Assembly (NCBI GenBank): GCA_964601135.1
Contig: CAZRMD010000005.1
Span: forward strand, 1-41,724
Direction: 5' to 3'
Length of the DNA: 41,724 nt
Origin: an uncultured Actinomycetes bacterium
GTDB lineage: Bacteria; Chloroflexota; Dormibacteria; CF-121
The notes below the pieces were generated by a model, which saw nothing but the letters and a program-made list of their open reading frames with translations, was not told the origin of the DNA and searched no databases. Below are positions 17,901-26,664 of the stretch, in pieces. Position 1 is the first letter of the stretch; each line of letters starts with the position of its first letter. A program made the translations under genes and the position numbers.

Positions 17901-18935
17901 ATGCGGATGGACGCCCGCGACATCCTTCTCATCTTCCTCTTAGTGTTTGGCATCGCTGGCTGCACGGTGCACACGACGGACAATCCCATCGCCGTGAGGA
18001 CCGCAACGCCGGCCACAACCATCGCGACGGGGAGCGATCCCGTCCTGAATCCGCTCGCCATCGACGCGATGCGCCAGCGCAACTATCCGGGGAGCGATCT
18101 CACGATTGAGCAGAGCCTGTCGCCGGGCAGCAACTACCGTCAGTACATCGCCTCGTACCGGTCTGACGGCCTCAAGATCTTCGGGCTGCTCACGGTGCCC
18201 GCAGGCGCCCGGCCGAAGACCGGCTGGCCGGTGATCATCTTCAATCACGGCTACATCCCGCCGGCCCAATACCGGACAACCGAGCGCTACGTGGCCTACG
18301 TCGACGGCTTCGCGCGCTCGGGATACATCGTCTTCAAGCCGGACTACCGCGGGCATGGCAGCTCCGAGGGACAGCCATCCAGCGCCTATGGCTCACCCGC
18401 CTACACGGTCGACGTGATCAACGCTGTGACCACGCTGCAGCGCTATCTGGACGCCGACCCGAACCGGATCGGCATGTGGGGACACTCGATGGGCGGCAAC
18501 ATCACACTGCGGGCCCTCGTCATCGATCCGCGCATCAAGGTCGCCGTCATCTGGGCCGGCGTGACGGCCAGCTATCAGGACCTGCTCGAGAACTGGCACC
18601 CACCGCCTGGCAGCGGACCGCCGCCATCGACGACGCGCAGCTGGCGGCAGGATTGGGTCGCCCGCTATGGCCCGCCCCAAGAAAACCCGGGGTTCTGGGA
18701 TTCGATCTCGCCCATGTCGTACCTGAGTGACATCAGCGCGCCGGTCGAGATCCATCACGGCACGGCCGACGTCGAGGTGCCGCTGGCGTTCTCGCAGAAA
18801 CTCGCCGACGGCCTGCGTGCGGATGGCAAGACCGTCTCGCTCTACACCTATCCGGGTTCCGATCACAACATCGCCCAGGGGTTTTCGCTGGCGATGGCAC
18901 GGTCGGTCGCATTCTTCGACCAGTACTTGAAGTAG
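17901..18935 (+). CDS. Lipoprotein alpha/beta hydrolase, prolyl oligopeptidase (S9)/dienelactone hydrolase-like
   Basis: The start is at ATG 17901, with a lipobox (LLVFGIAGC). A nucleophile elbow (GHSMGG) and a C-terminal HHGTADxxVP...DH catalytic arrangement are present. Confidence 0.75.
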   Translation: MRMDARDILLIFLLVFGIAGCTVHTTDNPIAVRTATPATTIATGSDPVLNPLAIDAMRQRNYPGSDLTIEQSLSPGSNYRQYIASYRSDGLKIFGLLTVPAGARPKTGWPVIIFNHGYIPPAQYRTTERYVAYVDGFARSGYIVFKPDYRGHGSSEGQPSSAYGSPAYTVDVINAVTTLQRYLDADPNRIGMWGHSMGGNITLRALVIDPRIKVAVIWAGVTASYQDLLENWHPPPGSGPPPSTTRSWRQDWVARYGPPQENPGFWDSISPMSYLSDISAPVEIHHGTADVEVPLAFSQKLADGLRADGKTVSLYTYPGSDHNIAQGFSLAMARSVAFFDQYLK

Positions 18936-18955
18936 ACGGGCTCGCTAAGCTAGGC

Positions 18956-19906
18956 GTGATGCGCGCGGCCGTCATCGAGCGCTACGGCGAACCACCGGTT
19001 GTCCGGGACATCGACGAGCCGAAGGCCGACTCGGATCGCCTGATCGAGGTCTCTGGCGCGCCGCTGAACCCGGTGGATATTTCGATGGCCAGTGGGAAGT
19101 TTTATGCCACACCGCCGCCGACCCCGTACGTGCCGGGCGGCGAGGGAATCGGTCGGCCATTGCACGCCGGCAAACCTGGACCCCGGGTATATTTCCGGGC
19201 CGCGCTGCCGAATGGCGCGCTCGCCGAGCGAGCCGTGAGCAGCGGCCAGACGGTGCAGCTTCCCGATTCCGTCGACGATGGCGTTGCCGCAGCCTTGGGA
19301 ACGCCGGGAATCTCGGCATATCTCTCACTGACGTTGCGCGCCCGCCTCCAGAAGGGCGAGACCGTCCTCGTTCTGGGGGCCAGCGGCGTCGTGGGAATCA
19401 TTGCCGTCCAGCTGGCCAAGTTGCTCGGCGCTGCACGGGTGGTCGCAGCGGCCCGCAACGAAGCCGGGCTACAGCGGGCTCAGCAGTTGGGAGCCGATGC
19501 GACAGTCGATCTCAAGCAGATCGATGGATTGACCGACCGGATTCGGGAGGCAAGTGGCGGAACCTTGAACGTCGTACTGGATCCCGTCTGGGGCGTTCCG
19601 GGCGTGGCCGCGCTGGAGGCCATGAGCCCGCACGGCCGGTTTGTCCAGATGGGTCAATCGGCCGGTGCCGAGGCTACCGTCAAGTCGGGGACGATCCGGG
19701 GACGTTATCTTTCGGTTCTTGGATACACGAGCTTCCAGGTCGCCTGGGAAGAGCAAGCGACCGCTTATCGAACGCTCCTCGACCATGCCACAGCCGGAAG
19801 GATCAAGGTTGAGTACGAGGTCTTGCCCCTGAACGCGGCGCCCGAAGCATGGAAACAGCAAGCGGCTTCGCCCCATCGCAAGCTGGTCCTGTCACCCCAA
19901 CGCTGA
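18956..19906 (+). CDS. Zinc-type alcohol dehydrogenase / quinone oxidoreductase (MDR superfamily)
   Basis: The 316-aa ORF has a GroES-like N-domain and a Rossmann motif (VLVLGASGVVG). An alternative start is ATG 18959. Confidence 0.8.
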   Translation: MMRAAVIERYGEPPVVRDIDEPKADSDRLIEVSGAPLNPVDISMASGKFYATPPPTPYVPGGEGIGRPLHAGKPGPRVYFRAALPNGALAERAVSSGQTVQLPDSVDDGVAAALGTPGISAYLSLTLRARLQKGETVLVLGASGVVGIIAVQLAKLLGAARVVAAARNEAGLQRAQQLGADATVDLKQIDGLTDRIREASGGTLNVVLDPVWGVPGVAALEAMSPHGRFVQMGQSAGAEATVKSGTIRGRYLSVLGYTSFQVAWEEQATAYRTLLDHATAGRIKVEYEVLPLNAAPEAWKQQAASPHRKLVLSPQR

Positions 19907-19919
19907 CAACACCGCAGCC

Positions 19920-21269
19920 TTAAGCCCGGATTGCGCCCGTCGCGGCCGGCGCCGGATGGCGTTTTTGCTCGCGCATCGACTGGATTGCTTCGCCAACCAG
20001 GTACAGGGACCCGCAGACGAGCACGATGCCATCTCGACCGGCAATCTGTCGAGCGGCGTCGATGGCGCCGAGCACCGAGTTCGCGATGATCGTCGAGCCG
20101 GTGTCGGGAATCTCGCCCTCGAATTGCTGGTCGAATCGATAGGCGAGCTCGGCGGGGGAGGCGGCGCGGTGCCAGTTGATCGGACTGAAAATCACCGGAC
20201 CTCCCATGGAACGCAGCTGGCCCAGCATCGTGGGTAAATCCTTGTCTTTCATGGCGCCGAAAACGATGACCACTTGCCGATCCGATGCCAGCTTGTCGAC
20301 AGCAGCCAGCGAACGTTCAAGAGCGGCGGGATTATGGGCGCCGTCGATCAGGACGATGGGATGGCGATGGATCACCTCGAGCCGGCCGGGCCAGCGGGCT
20401 CGCGCCAGGCCGTCGCGCAGGGCGCCGTCGGAGATGTCCCAGCCACGCGAGCGCAGGGCGTCGATGGCGGCCACGGCGAGGGCGGCGTTCTCCGCCTGGT
20501 AAATCCCGAGCAGCGGAATCCGGAGCCGTTGATAGCTGCCACGCGGTGTCGTGACGCTGGCTTCAACGCCCGCCCACCCGTTGTCGATGGCCGATACGGT
20601 GATTTCCTGGCCAAGCCGGAGGAGCGGGATGGCGACGTGCTGTGCCGCACCTTCGATGACCGCCAGCGCCGGCGGCTTCGCCCCGGTGATGGCAATGCTC
20701 TCCGGTTTGAGAATGCCGGCTTTCTCCCCTGCGATCGCTTCGAGGCTCGACCCGAGGTGCTGGGTGTGATCGAGGGCGATGTTCGTGATCACGTTGACGC
20801 CCAGATCGAGGACGTTGGTCGAGTCCAGGCGGCCGCCGAGGCCGACTTCGCAAACGAGCAGATCGATGCCGGCACGGGCAAAGTAATAGAGCGTGGCTGT
20901 GGTCAGGATCTCGAATTCCGTGGGCGGACCAAGCTTGGCCGCAACCTTATTGATGGCGGGCTGGATTTCGGTGAGCAGATCGGCGAAGTCCGCCTCGGCA
21001 ATGGGTCGCTGATCGACCTGGATCCGCTCGGTGTACGAGACCAGGTGCGGCTTTGGCATCAGGCCCACGCGATAGCCCGCGGCCTGCAGGACGCTGGCGA
21101 GCATGGCGCAGACCGATCCTTTGCCGTTCGTTCCGGCCACAAGCACGCCCTGGAACAGCTCGTGCGGATCGCCAAGCTCGTGGAGGATCGCGGTCGTGCG
21201 CTCCAGGCCCAGCTTGATGCCGAAGCGCCCCAGCGAGGTCAGATAATCGAGCGCCTCTTGATAGGTCAT
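19920..21269 (-). CDS. folC: Bifunctional folylpolyglutamate synthase / dihydrofolate synthase
   Basis: Mur-ligase family features: P-loop VAGTNGKGS, then VCEVGLGGRLDSTNV, and a FolC-type C-terminal domain. Confidence 0.9.
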   Translation of the reverse strand: MTYQEALDYLTSLGRFGIKLGLERTTAILHELGDPHELFQGVLVAGTNGKGSVCAMLASVLQAAGYRVGLMPKPHLVSYTERIQVDQRPIAEADFADLLTEIQPAINKVAAKLGPPTEFEILTTATLYYFARAGIDLLVCEVGLGGRLDSTNVLDLGVNVITNIALDHTQHLGSSLEAIAGEKAGILKPESIAITGAKPPALAVIEGAAQHVAIPLLRLGQEITVSAIDNGWAGVEASVTTPRGSYQRLRIPLLGIYQAENAALAVAAIDALRSRGWDISDGALRDGLARARWPGRLEVIHRHPIVLIDGAHNPAALERSLAAVDKLASDRQVVIVFGAMKDKDLPTMLGQLRSMGGPVIFSPINWHRAASPAELAYRFDQQFEGEIPDTGSTIIANSVLGAIDAARQIAGRDGIVLVCGSLYLVGEAIQSMREQKRHPAPAATGAIRA

Positions 21270-22120
21270 GCCTGGTCGATGTGCTGTCGGAAAGCGCGGT
21301 ATGTGTTGACGAGCAGCATCGCGATCGTCATCGGGCCGACGCCACCAGGCACCGGTGAGAGCGCGCTTGCGACTGCCTCGACAGTGGCCCGGTCGACGTC
21401 ACCGGTGAGCTTGCCACTTTCGGGGTCCCGGGTGATGCCGACGTCAATGACCACCGCGCCCGGCTTGACGTGATCGCCGGTGATGAGTCCACGCTTGCCG
21501 GTGGCGCTGACCAGGACGTCGGCGCTCTTGGTGATCGCAGGAAGGTCGGTCGTTTGCGAGTGGGCGATGGTCACGGTCGCATGGTTCTGAAGGAGGAGAA
21601 GTGCCAGCGGCCGGCCGACGAGCCGGGAACGCCCGACAACGACGGCATGTTTGCCCGTGGGATCGATGTGCTCCCGCCGAAGTAGCTCGAGCACGCCCAG
21701 CGGGGTGGCCGGGACGAAGGTTGGCTGGCCCTGGGCGAGCCGGCCCGCGTTATAGGGGTGGAGGCCGTCGACATCTTTATGTGGCGGGATCTGCTCGAGC
21801 GCCTGGTCGGCATCGAGCCCATCCGGCAGGGGCAACTGCAGCAGGATGCCGTCGATCGACGGGTCGGTAGCAAGCCTCGAAATCCGTTCGTGCAATCCCC
21901 GCTGCGTGATGGTTTGGAAGTGCTCGATCACGGACCTGAAGCCAACCTCCTCAGCCGCCCGGTTCTTGCCCCGAACGTAGGTCGTCGACGCAGGGTCGTC
22001 GCCGATCTGGATGACGGTAATGCCGGGTGGGCGCTGGTTGGGATTGCCTTGGACGGCGCGTTTCAGTTCCTCCTGGATAGCGCGCGCGTGGGCGCGGCCG
22101 TCGATCAGTCGTGCAGGCAT
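21266..22120 (-). CDS. folD: Bifunctional methylenetetrahydrofolate dehydrogenase / methenyl-THF cyclohydrolase
   Basis: The start is at MPARLIDGRAHA (ATG 22120). FolD motifs are present: YVRGKNRAAEEVG, ILLQLPLP, VVVGRSRLVGRPLA, PVPGGVGPMT. A 4-nt overlap joins it to folC. Confidence 0.9.
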   Translation of the reverse strand: MPARLIDGRAHARAIQEELKRAVQGNPNQRPPGITVIQIGDDPASTTYVRGKNRAAEEVGFRSVIEHFQTITQRGLHERISRLATDPSIDGILLQLPLPDGLDADQALEQIPPHKDVDGLHPYNAGRLAQGQPTFVPATPLGVLELLRREHIDPTGKHAVVVGRSRLVGRPLALLLLQNHATVTIAHSQTTDLPAITKSADVLVSATGKRGLITGDHVKPGAVVIDVGITRDPESGKLTGDVDRATVEAVASALSPVPGGVGPMTIAMLLVNTYRAFRQHIDQA

Positions 22121-22130
22121 GGGCTCGAGT

Positions 22131-22571
22131 CTACTGAGGCAGCTTTCGCACCTCGGCAGGACGCGTGATTTCAACCGCGAAGCCGGCCAGATTGGCCATC
22201 GGCGGCTGCTTGCTGACGCGGACCGTCACCTGCACCACGTATGGCTGCTTGAGGACGGCGGTTGCGATCCGTTCGGCGACGGTCTCCAAGAGGTTGGCCG
22301 GCTTGCCCTCGAGGATCTGGCGAGCGATCTTCTCCAGGACCGGGTAGCTAACGGTGTCACGGAGGTGATCGCTGGCTGCCGCCCGCTGGGTATCGAGCAT
22401 GACCTCGAGGTCCGCCGTGAAGGTCTGGCCGAGTTTGCGCTCGGCGGGGTTGTTGCCGTGATAGCCGTAGGCCTTCAGGCCGGACAGAATGAGGCGTCCC
22501 GTCGGCATACTGGCGCCTGGTTTGGCATTGGATTGGTTGCCGGGAGCCGGCTTAGACGATTTTGTAGGCAT
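22131..22571 (-). CDS. folB: Dihydroneopterin aldolase
   Basis: The FolB core is LKAYGYHGNNPAERKLGQTFTADLEV...DTVSY. The 21-aa low-complexity N-terminal extension may not be translated; an alternative start is ATG 22508. Confidence 0.8.
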   Translation of the reverse strand: MPTKSSKPAPGNQSNAKPGASMPTGRLILSGLKAYGYHGNNPAERKLGQTFTADLEVMLDTQRAAASDHLRDTVSYPVLEKIARQILEGKPANLLETVAERIATAVLKQPYVVQVTVRVSKQPPMANLAGFAVEITRPAEVRKLPQ

Positions 22572-22574
22572 GCC

Positions 22575-22603
22575 TTGACAAATATACGAGGTCGTGTAAG
22601 AAT
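22575..22603 (+). promoter_or_regulatory. Sigma-70-like promoter for the XRE regulator, probably producing a leaderless mRNA
   Basis: TTGACA (22575-22580), a 17-nt spacer, then AAGAAT (22598-22603). The ATG at 22610 lies 7 nt after the -10 element and has no SD sequence. Confidence 0.4.
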
Positions 22604-22609
22604 GCCAAA

Positions 22610-22879
22610 ATGAATGTCGAGGTTCGGGCGACCGGGCTGCGTGCCATGCGCGAGAAGAAAGGGCTCACGCAGCGCGAGCTGGCACACCACCTGGGCATCA
22701 GCCAGAACTATATTCCGGCACTCGAGTCGGGAGCGAGGCGACCTGGACCAAAGCTGCGGCAGGCGTTGATGAAATTCTTCAACGTCAATTTCGAAGAACT
22801 CTTCGAGGTGGTCATGGTGAACCCGGAGAGCGCCAGCGAGCAGGTCCTCGAGCCACGCGACGAGCGTCGCGCCGGCTGA
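22610..22879 (+). CDS. XRE-family helix-turn-helix transcriptional regulator
   Basis: The 89-aa ORF has a Cro/C1-type HTH (LRAMREKKGLTQRELAHHLGISQNYIPALESGARRP). Confidence 0.8.
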   Translation: MNVEVRATGLRAMREKKGLTQRELAHHLGISQNYIPALESGARRPGPKLRQALMKFFNVNFEELFEVVMVNPESASEQVLEPRDERRAG

Positions 22880-22961
22880 TCGATCGGCATAGAGGGGGGT
22901 GATCGATAACAATCACTGAGTGACGCAGGGGCCACAGAGGGCTGGATAGAATAGCCGGTGC

Positions 22962-23037
22962 GCCTGCATAGCTCAGTTGGTAGAGCAGCTGACTCTTAAT
23001 CAGTTGGTCCCGGGTTCGAATCCTGGTGCAGGCACCA
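22962..23037 (+). tRNA. tRNA-Lys (anticodon CTT)
   Basis: A manual cloverleaf fits. The acceptor GCCTGCA pairs with TGCAGGC. The D arm is GCTC-AGTTGGTA-GAGC and the anticodon arm is GCTGA-CTCTTAA-TCAGT. The T arm is CCGGG-TTCGAAT-CCTGG. The discriminator is A and the CCA end is encoded. Confidence 0.9.
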
Positions 23038-23148
23038 ATTCCCCGAGCACTGAGCGGGTCGCTGCGCGTCAAACAAGAACAGCGCAGCTCAACACTGAAT
23101 CTCACCCACAACTCCGCAGCTGACACCTCGCGCTGAGCATTCGACGAC

Positions 23149-23167
23149 ACCTGAAGGGGGTTCAGGT
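23149..23167 (+). promoter_or_regulatory. Stem-loop presenting the Shine-Dalgarno sequence of the first Tad/T4SS operon gene
   Basis: A perfect 7-bp stem (acctgaa / ttcaggt) has a GGGGG loop. It ends 2 nt before the ATG at 23170. Confidence 0.3.
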
Positions 23168-23169
23168 CA

Positions 23170-24522
23170 ATGCGCGGAGTTCGGATTCCTCAAGATCTCA
23201 ACGGCGAAGACCAGTTCGTTCTTGGCCTTTCGGTTCCCCGTCTCGCGGCTGTCTTACTCGGACTGCTAGCCGCGTACACCATCCTTCATCTCTCGCTTCC
23301 CGCCCCACTGCAGATCGGTGCGGCGTCATTTGCCGCGCTCGCCGGCGCCATCGTCGCCTGGGTGCGTCCGGAAGGACGTTCGCTGATCCATTGGGCCGTG
23401 GCCGCGATCGAGTTCAAACTGGGCGAGCGCCCAGCTCGAGTTGGGCGCGACGTCCACGAGCCGTCAAGCCCTGTATCAGCCGTTCCCCAGCGTCGGGTGA
23501 TCTCCAAGCCGGTAGCAGCCTCACCAAGTCTTCGGGTTCTGAGGGCTGCTTCGGACTCGCCGCAACCTCGTAGCCCAGAGATTTCGGCGGATCCCGAGGT
23601 GCTTGAAATCAGCGGCGAGCCTGACGTTGGACTGGCCGACCCGGAGGTTGCGGATGAGGCCGGTCGCCTGCTACCGGCTCCGGTGTACCTTGGCGGCCCG
23701 CAGTTGATCGCGTTCTTTTCCACGAAGGGCGGAACGGGCCGGACAACCCTGGCTACGGAGATCGCCTCATTGCTGGCAATGAAGGGTCGCTATCGCGAGT
23801 CACCGTCGAGCGGACCTCAGCGGCTCCGCGTCGCCTTGATCGATTTCGACCTGGCTTCGGCCAACGTTTCCGCTCGGTTCGGGCTCGCCCAGCCAACGAT
23901 GCTCGATTACCTGTCTGACGCCAGCGTGCCGCACCCCGATCCACGGGACTTTCTGATCCGTCATCCGGCAACCAGCGTCGATGTGCTGCTGGGCCCCTCA
24001 AAGTGCCTTGCCGGCGACCGCTCGGACCTCATGGGTGTCGCCCAAGCTGCGCACATCCTGAGCGCCTTGAAGGCAGCGGGGTATCAGTACCTGGTTCTCG
24101 ACCTCGCTGCGGCTCTGGGAGATCTCGAGACGTACCTGCTGGAAGCGGCCACCCGGATCTATTGCGTGGTGACGCCCACGGCCGGCTCGATTCAGTCGCT
24201 CTATCGGGGGGTTGAGGCTCTTCGACGGCTCGGCCTCGGGGCAAAGCTGCACTACGTCGCCAACAAGATGCGCGACGGCATCAGCCTCGCCGAACCCATG
24301 GGTGACCTCAACGGGTCGCTCGTCGCTCGCATTCCCTATGACCCTGCCTTTGAAGCCGCAGAGAATCGGCATCAACCGCTTGCCACCTATGGAAATGGGC
24401 CAACCCTTGACGCGCTGATGCAACTGGCCGCCGCGATCTACCCCGCATTGCAGGTTCCTCCGGCCGGCCGGTCCGCAGTGTCGCCATTCGCCTGGTTCGC
24501 AAGACGACGCCGTGCTGGCTGA
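23170..24522 (+). CDS. Fusion protein: N-terminal PrgI-family (VirB3-like) membrane domain, Pro/Ser/Glu-rich linker, C-terminal TadZ/CpaE-like MinD/ParA-type ATPase
   Basis: The N-terminus (RIPQDLNGEDQFVLGLSVPRLAAVLLGLLAAYTIL) plus a second hydrophobic segment matches the PrgI-family pattern. The linker contains DPEV repeats. The C-domain has the deviant Walker A FSTKGGTGRTT and a MinD/CpaE-like body (LIDFDL, YLVLDL, IPYDP). Confidence 0.75.
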   Translation: MRGVRIPQDLNGEDQFVLGLSVPRLAAVLLGLLAAYTILHLSLPAPLQIGAASFAALAGAIVAWVRPEGRSLIHWAVAAIEFKLGERPARVGRDVHEPSSPVSAVPQRRVISKPVAASPSLRVLRAASDSPQPRSPEISADPEVLEISGEPDVGLADPEVADEAGRLLPAPVYLGGPQLIAFFSTKGGTGRTTLATEIASLLAMKGRYRESPSSGPQRLRVALIDFDLASANVSARFGLAQPTMLDYLSDASVPHPDPRDFLIRHPATSVDVLLGPSKCLAGDRSDLMGVAQAAHILSALKAAGYQYLVLDLAAALGDLETYLLEAATRIYCVVTPTAGSIQSLYRGVEALRRLGLGAKLHYVANKMRDGISLAEPMGDLNGSLVARIPYDPAFEAAENRHQPLATYGNGPTLDALMQLAAAIYPALQVPPAGRSAVSPFAWFARRRRAG

Positions 24523-25822
24523 CGTATCTGCCCGCCCCGTGCCGCCGACACCCGAGGAGCTGCGACAATTCGTGCGCTCGCAGCTCACCCTGCAGGTGGA
24601 CCCGGAAATCATCAACCCGTTCTCCACCAATCCGAATCGTCAACAGATCCTCAGGGACCGGATTCGCCACGCCGTCATACAACGGCAACTGCTGCCGACC
24701 GCCGAGCTGGTCGACACGCTCTTCGATGAGATCGTCGGCCTGGGCCCGCTTGAGCCGCTCATGGCCGATCCCGACATCACAGACATCCTGGTGAATCGGT
24801 TCGACGAAATCTATGTCGAGCGGCGAGGCCGGCTCGAGTTCGTACCTTGCGCATTTCGCGACGACGCCCAGCTCGAGCAGGTGATTCACAAGATCGTGGC
24901 GCTCGTTGGCCGCGAGATCAACATCGACAAGCCGCTAGTCGACGCCAGGATGGTGGATGGGAGCCGCGCCAATGCGGTCTACGCGCCCGTTGGGGGACCG
25001 ACCTTGTGCATTCGAAAGTTCAGTCGGGTGCGGCTGGCGCTGGTCCCGGATGAGCGACGCCCAGATCTCCCCAGCTGGGTCAGCACGGGTGGCCTGTCGT
25101 CACAGATGGGCGCATTCCTCGAAGCCATGGGGGTGGCCCGGGCGAACATCTTGATCGCTGGCGCCACCGGAAGCGGCAAGAGTACCTTGCTTCGTTCCAT
25201 CGTCAGCGCCTTTCCCGAGGACGAGCGCGTGATCACGATCGAGGACACCGCCGAACTAGAGCTGGAGAACCCGCATTGGGTCAAGCTCGAGTGCGTGCAT
25301 TCCAGGGAACTGGCCGGCAAGACCACCCAGGAGCGGCGACTCGATGTTGCCGACCTGGTCCAGAACGCGCTCCGGATGCGACCGGACCGTTTGATCATCG
25401 GAGAGATCCGCCACAGCAAAGAGGCCTACTACGTGCTCGAAGCCCTGAACACCGGGCACGATGGCTCGGCGACCACCATCCATGCCAGCAGTTGCGATGA
25501 CGCCCTGGCACGGCTGGAGTTGTTGGTGAGTCGGGACTTTGGGCAATTGAGTGCGGGAGAAATCCGCCGTTATGTCGCCCGCGTCTTCGACCTTGTCGTC
25601 TTCGTCAGCCGGTTGCGGAATGGCCGCCGTTATGTCCTTGAAATTGCCGAGCTGCGCGGCATCGACCCCGATGGACAGTACCTGCTGATGCCAGTCTTCG
25701 TGGGGGATATCACCAACGGGCATCACGGGATCAGCGTTGATTTCAGAAGTCTTCCGGATTATCGACCCGGTACCCGCCTGAATCGGAAGCTCGAGCTGCA
25801 AGGGATGCGATGGCTTTCCTAG
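24512..25822 (+). CDS. tadA: TadA/CpaF-family secretion ATPase (T2SSE/VirB11 superfamily)
   Basis: Motifs: GLGPLEPLMADPDITDILVN, Walker A GATGSGKST, Walker B RPDRLIIGEIR, His box LNTGHDGSATTIHA. It overlaps the upstream gene by 11 nt. Confidence 0.9.
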   Translation: MLADVSARPVPPTPEELRQFVRSQLTLQVDPEIINPFSTNPNRQQILRDRIRHAVIQRQLLPTAELVDTLFDEIVGLGPLEPLMADPDITDILVNRFDEIYVERRGRLEFVPCAFRDDAQLEQVIHKIVALVGREINIDKPLVDARMVDGSRANAVYAPVGGPTLCIRKFSRVRLALVPDERRPDLPSWVSTGGLSSQMGAFLEAMGVARANILIAGATGSGKSTLLRSIVSAFPEDERVITIEDTAELELENPHWVKLECVHSRELAGKTTQERRLDVADLVQNALRMRPDRLIIGEIRHSKEAYYVLEALNTGHDGSATTIHASSCDDALARLELLVSRDFGQLSAGEIRRYVARVFDLVVFVSRLRNGRRYVLEIAELRGIDPDGQYLLMPVFVGDITNGHHGISVDFRSLPDYRPGTRLNRKLELQGMRWLS

Positions 25823-26664
25823 CCGCGGCCTGCGTGGCGATGGCGATCCTCACTCTGGGCCTGGCAATTCCGGCTGGCCACCAGCGTGACCAGCGACGAT
25901 GGATCGATTCGCTCCTGGACCGCAGCCGGGAGCGGCTGGTACAGGCGCGCATCGCCGGAGACCCGCGCACCTATCTCGCCCTGCAATTGCTGGCCCCGGT
26001 CGGGTTATTTGCGATCGGCTGGCTCCAATCGCCGGTTCTCGCGGTGGCCGGCGCTGTCGCTGGACTTTTGACTCCGCGCATGTACGTGGCCTGGTTGATA
26101 CGTACCCAGTCTCGGCGAAGCGAGGCGGAGGCGCCGCATTTGCTCCAGGCGCTGTTAACAGGTCTCAGCGCTAGCGGAACATACCTGGACGCGCTTCGGC
26201 AGGCCAGGCTCAGCTGTTCTGATTCCTGGCTGCAGCAGGACCTCGACTCCATCATCCAGCGATTCCTGCTCGACACACCGCTCCACGAGAGCCTGGAGGA
26301 GGTTCTTGGCCGGACGACGACCCGAAATCTCCGACTCATCTGGGAAACGCTGCGGATCTGCACCGAGAACCATTTGCCGACGGAGAAAGCCCGAAGCCTT
26401 TTCATGGAACTGTCCTCGACCGTGCAGTTCAATCTGCAGCTCGCCAACGAAGTGCGCGCTCGCTCCACGGGCCAGCGAGCCCAGATCTGGCTGCTGGCCA
26501 TCATCGTTCCGGCCATGTATCTCTACCTGCGATTGATGAGCCCGCAGCTGCTGACTGTCCTCGATGACACCATCGTGGGCCGCGTTGTTTTGTTTCCGCT
26601 GGCGGTGGCATTGGAACTCGGCGGTATCGTCCTCAGCTGGCGGATTGCTCGGTTCGAAGCATGA
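25810..26664 (+). CDS. tadB: TadB-like pilus platform protein (T2SSF domain)
   Basis: The 284-aa ORF has an N-terminal TM segment, a central soluble T2SSF-like helical domain and C-terminal TM segments. It overlaps tadA by 13 nt. Confidence 0.8.
   Translation: MAFLAAACVAMAILTLGLAIPAGHQRDQRRWIDSLLDRSRERLVQARIAGDPRTYLALQLLAPVGLFAIGWLQSPVLAVAGAVAGLLTPRMYVAWLIRTQSRRSEAEAPHLLQALLTGLSASGTYLDALRQARLSCSDSWLQQDLDSIIQRFLLDTPLHESLEEVLGRTTTRNLRLIWETLRICTENHLPTEKARSLFMELSSTVQFNLQLANEVRARSTGQRAQIWLLAIIVPAMYLYLRLMSPQLLTVLDDTIVGRVVLFPLAVALELGGIVLSWRIARFEA

Noticed and set aside
17627-18082. Full 151-aa ORF from the track as one protein
   Set aside because: Only the last 58 codons look like a real protein (Flp prepilin with its own GTG and RBS). 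The upstream part is Arg/Met-rich, overlaps the divergent S9 hydrolase gene and has no family resemblance.
22812-23150. 112-aa minus-strand ORF spanning the tRNA-Lys gene
   Set aside because: It runs straight through a well-folding tRNA and the adjacent non-coding spacer, and has no recognisable family. It is treated as spurious.
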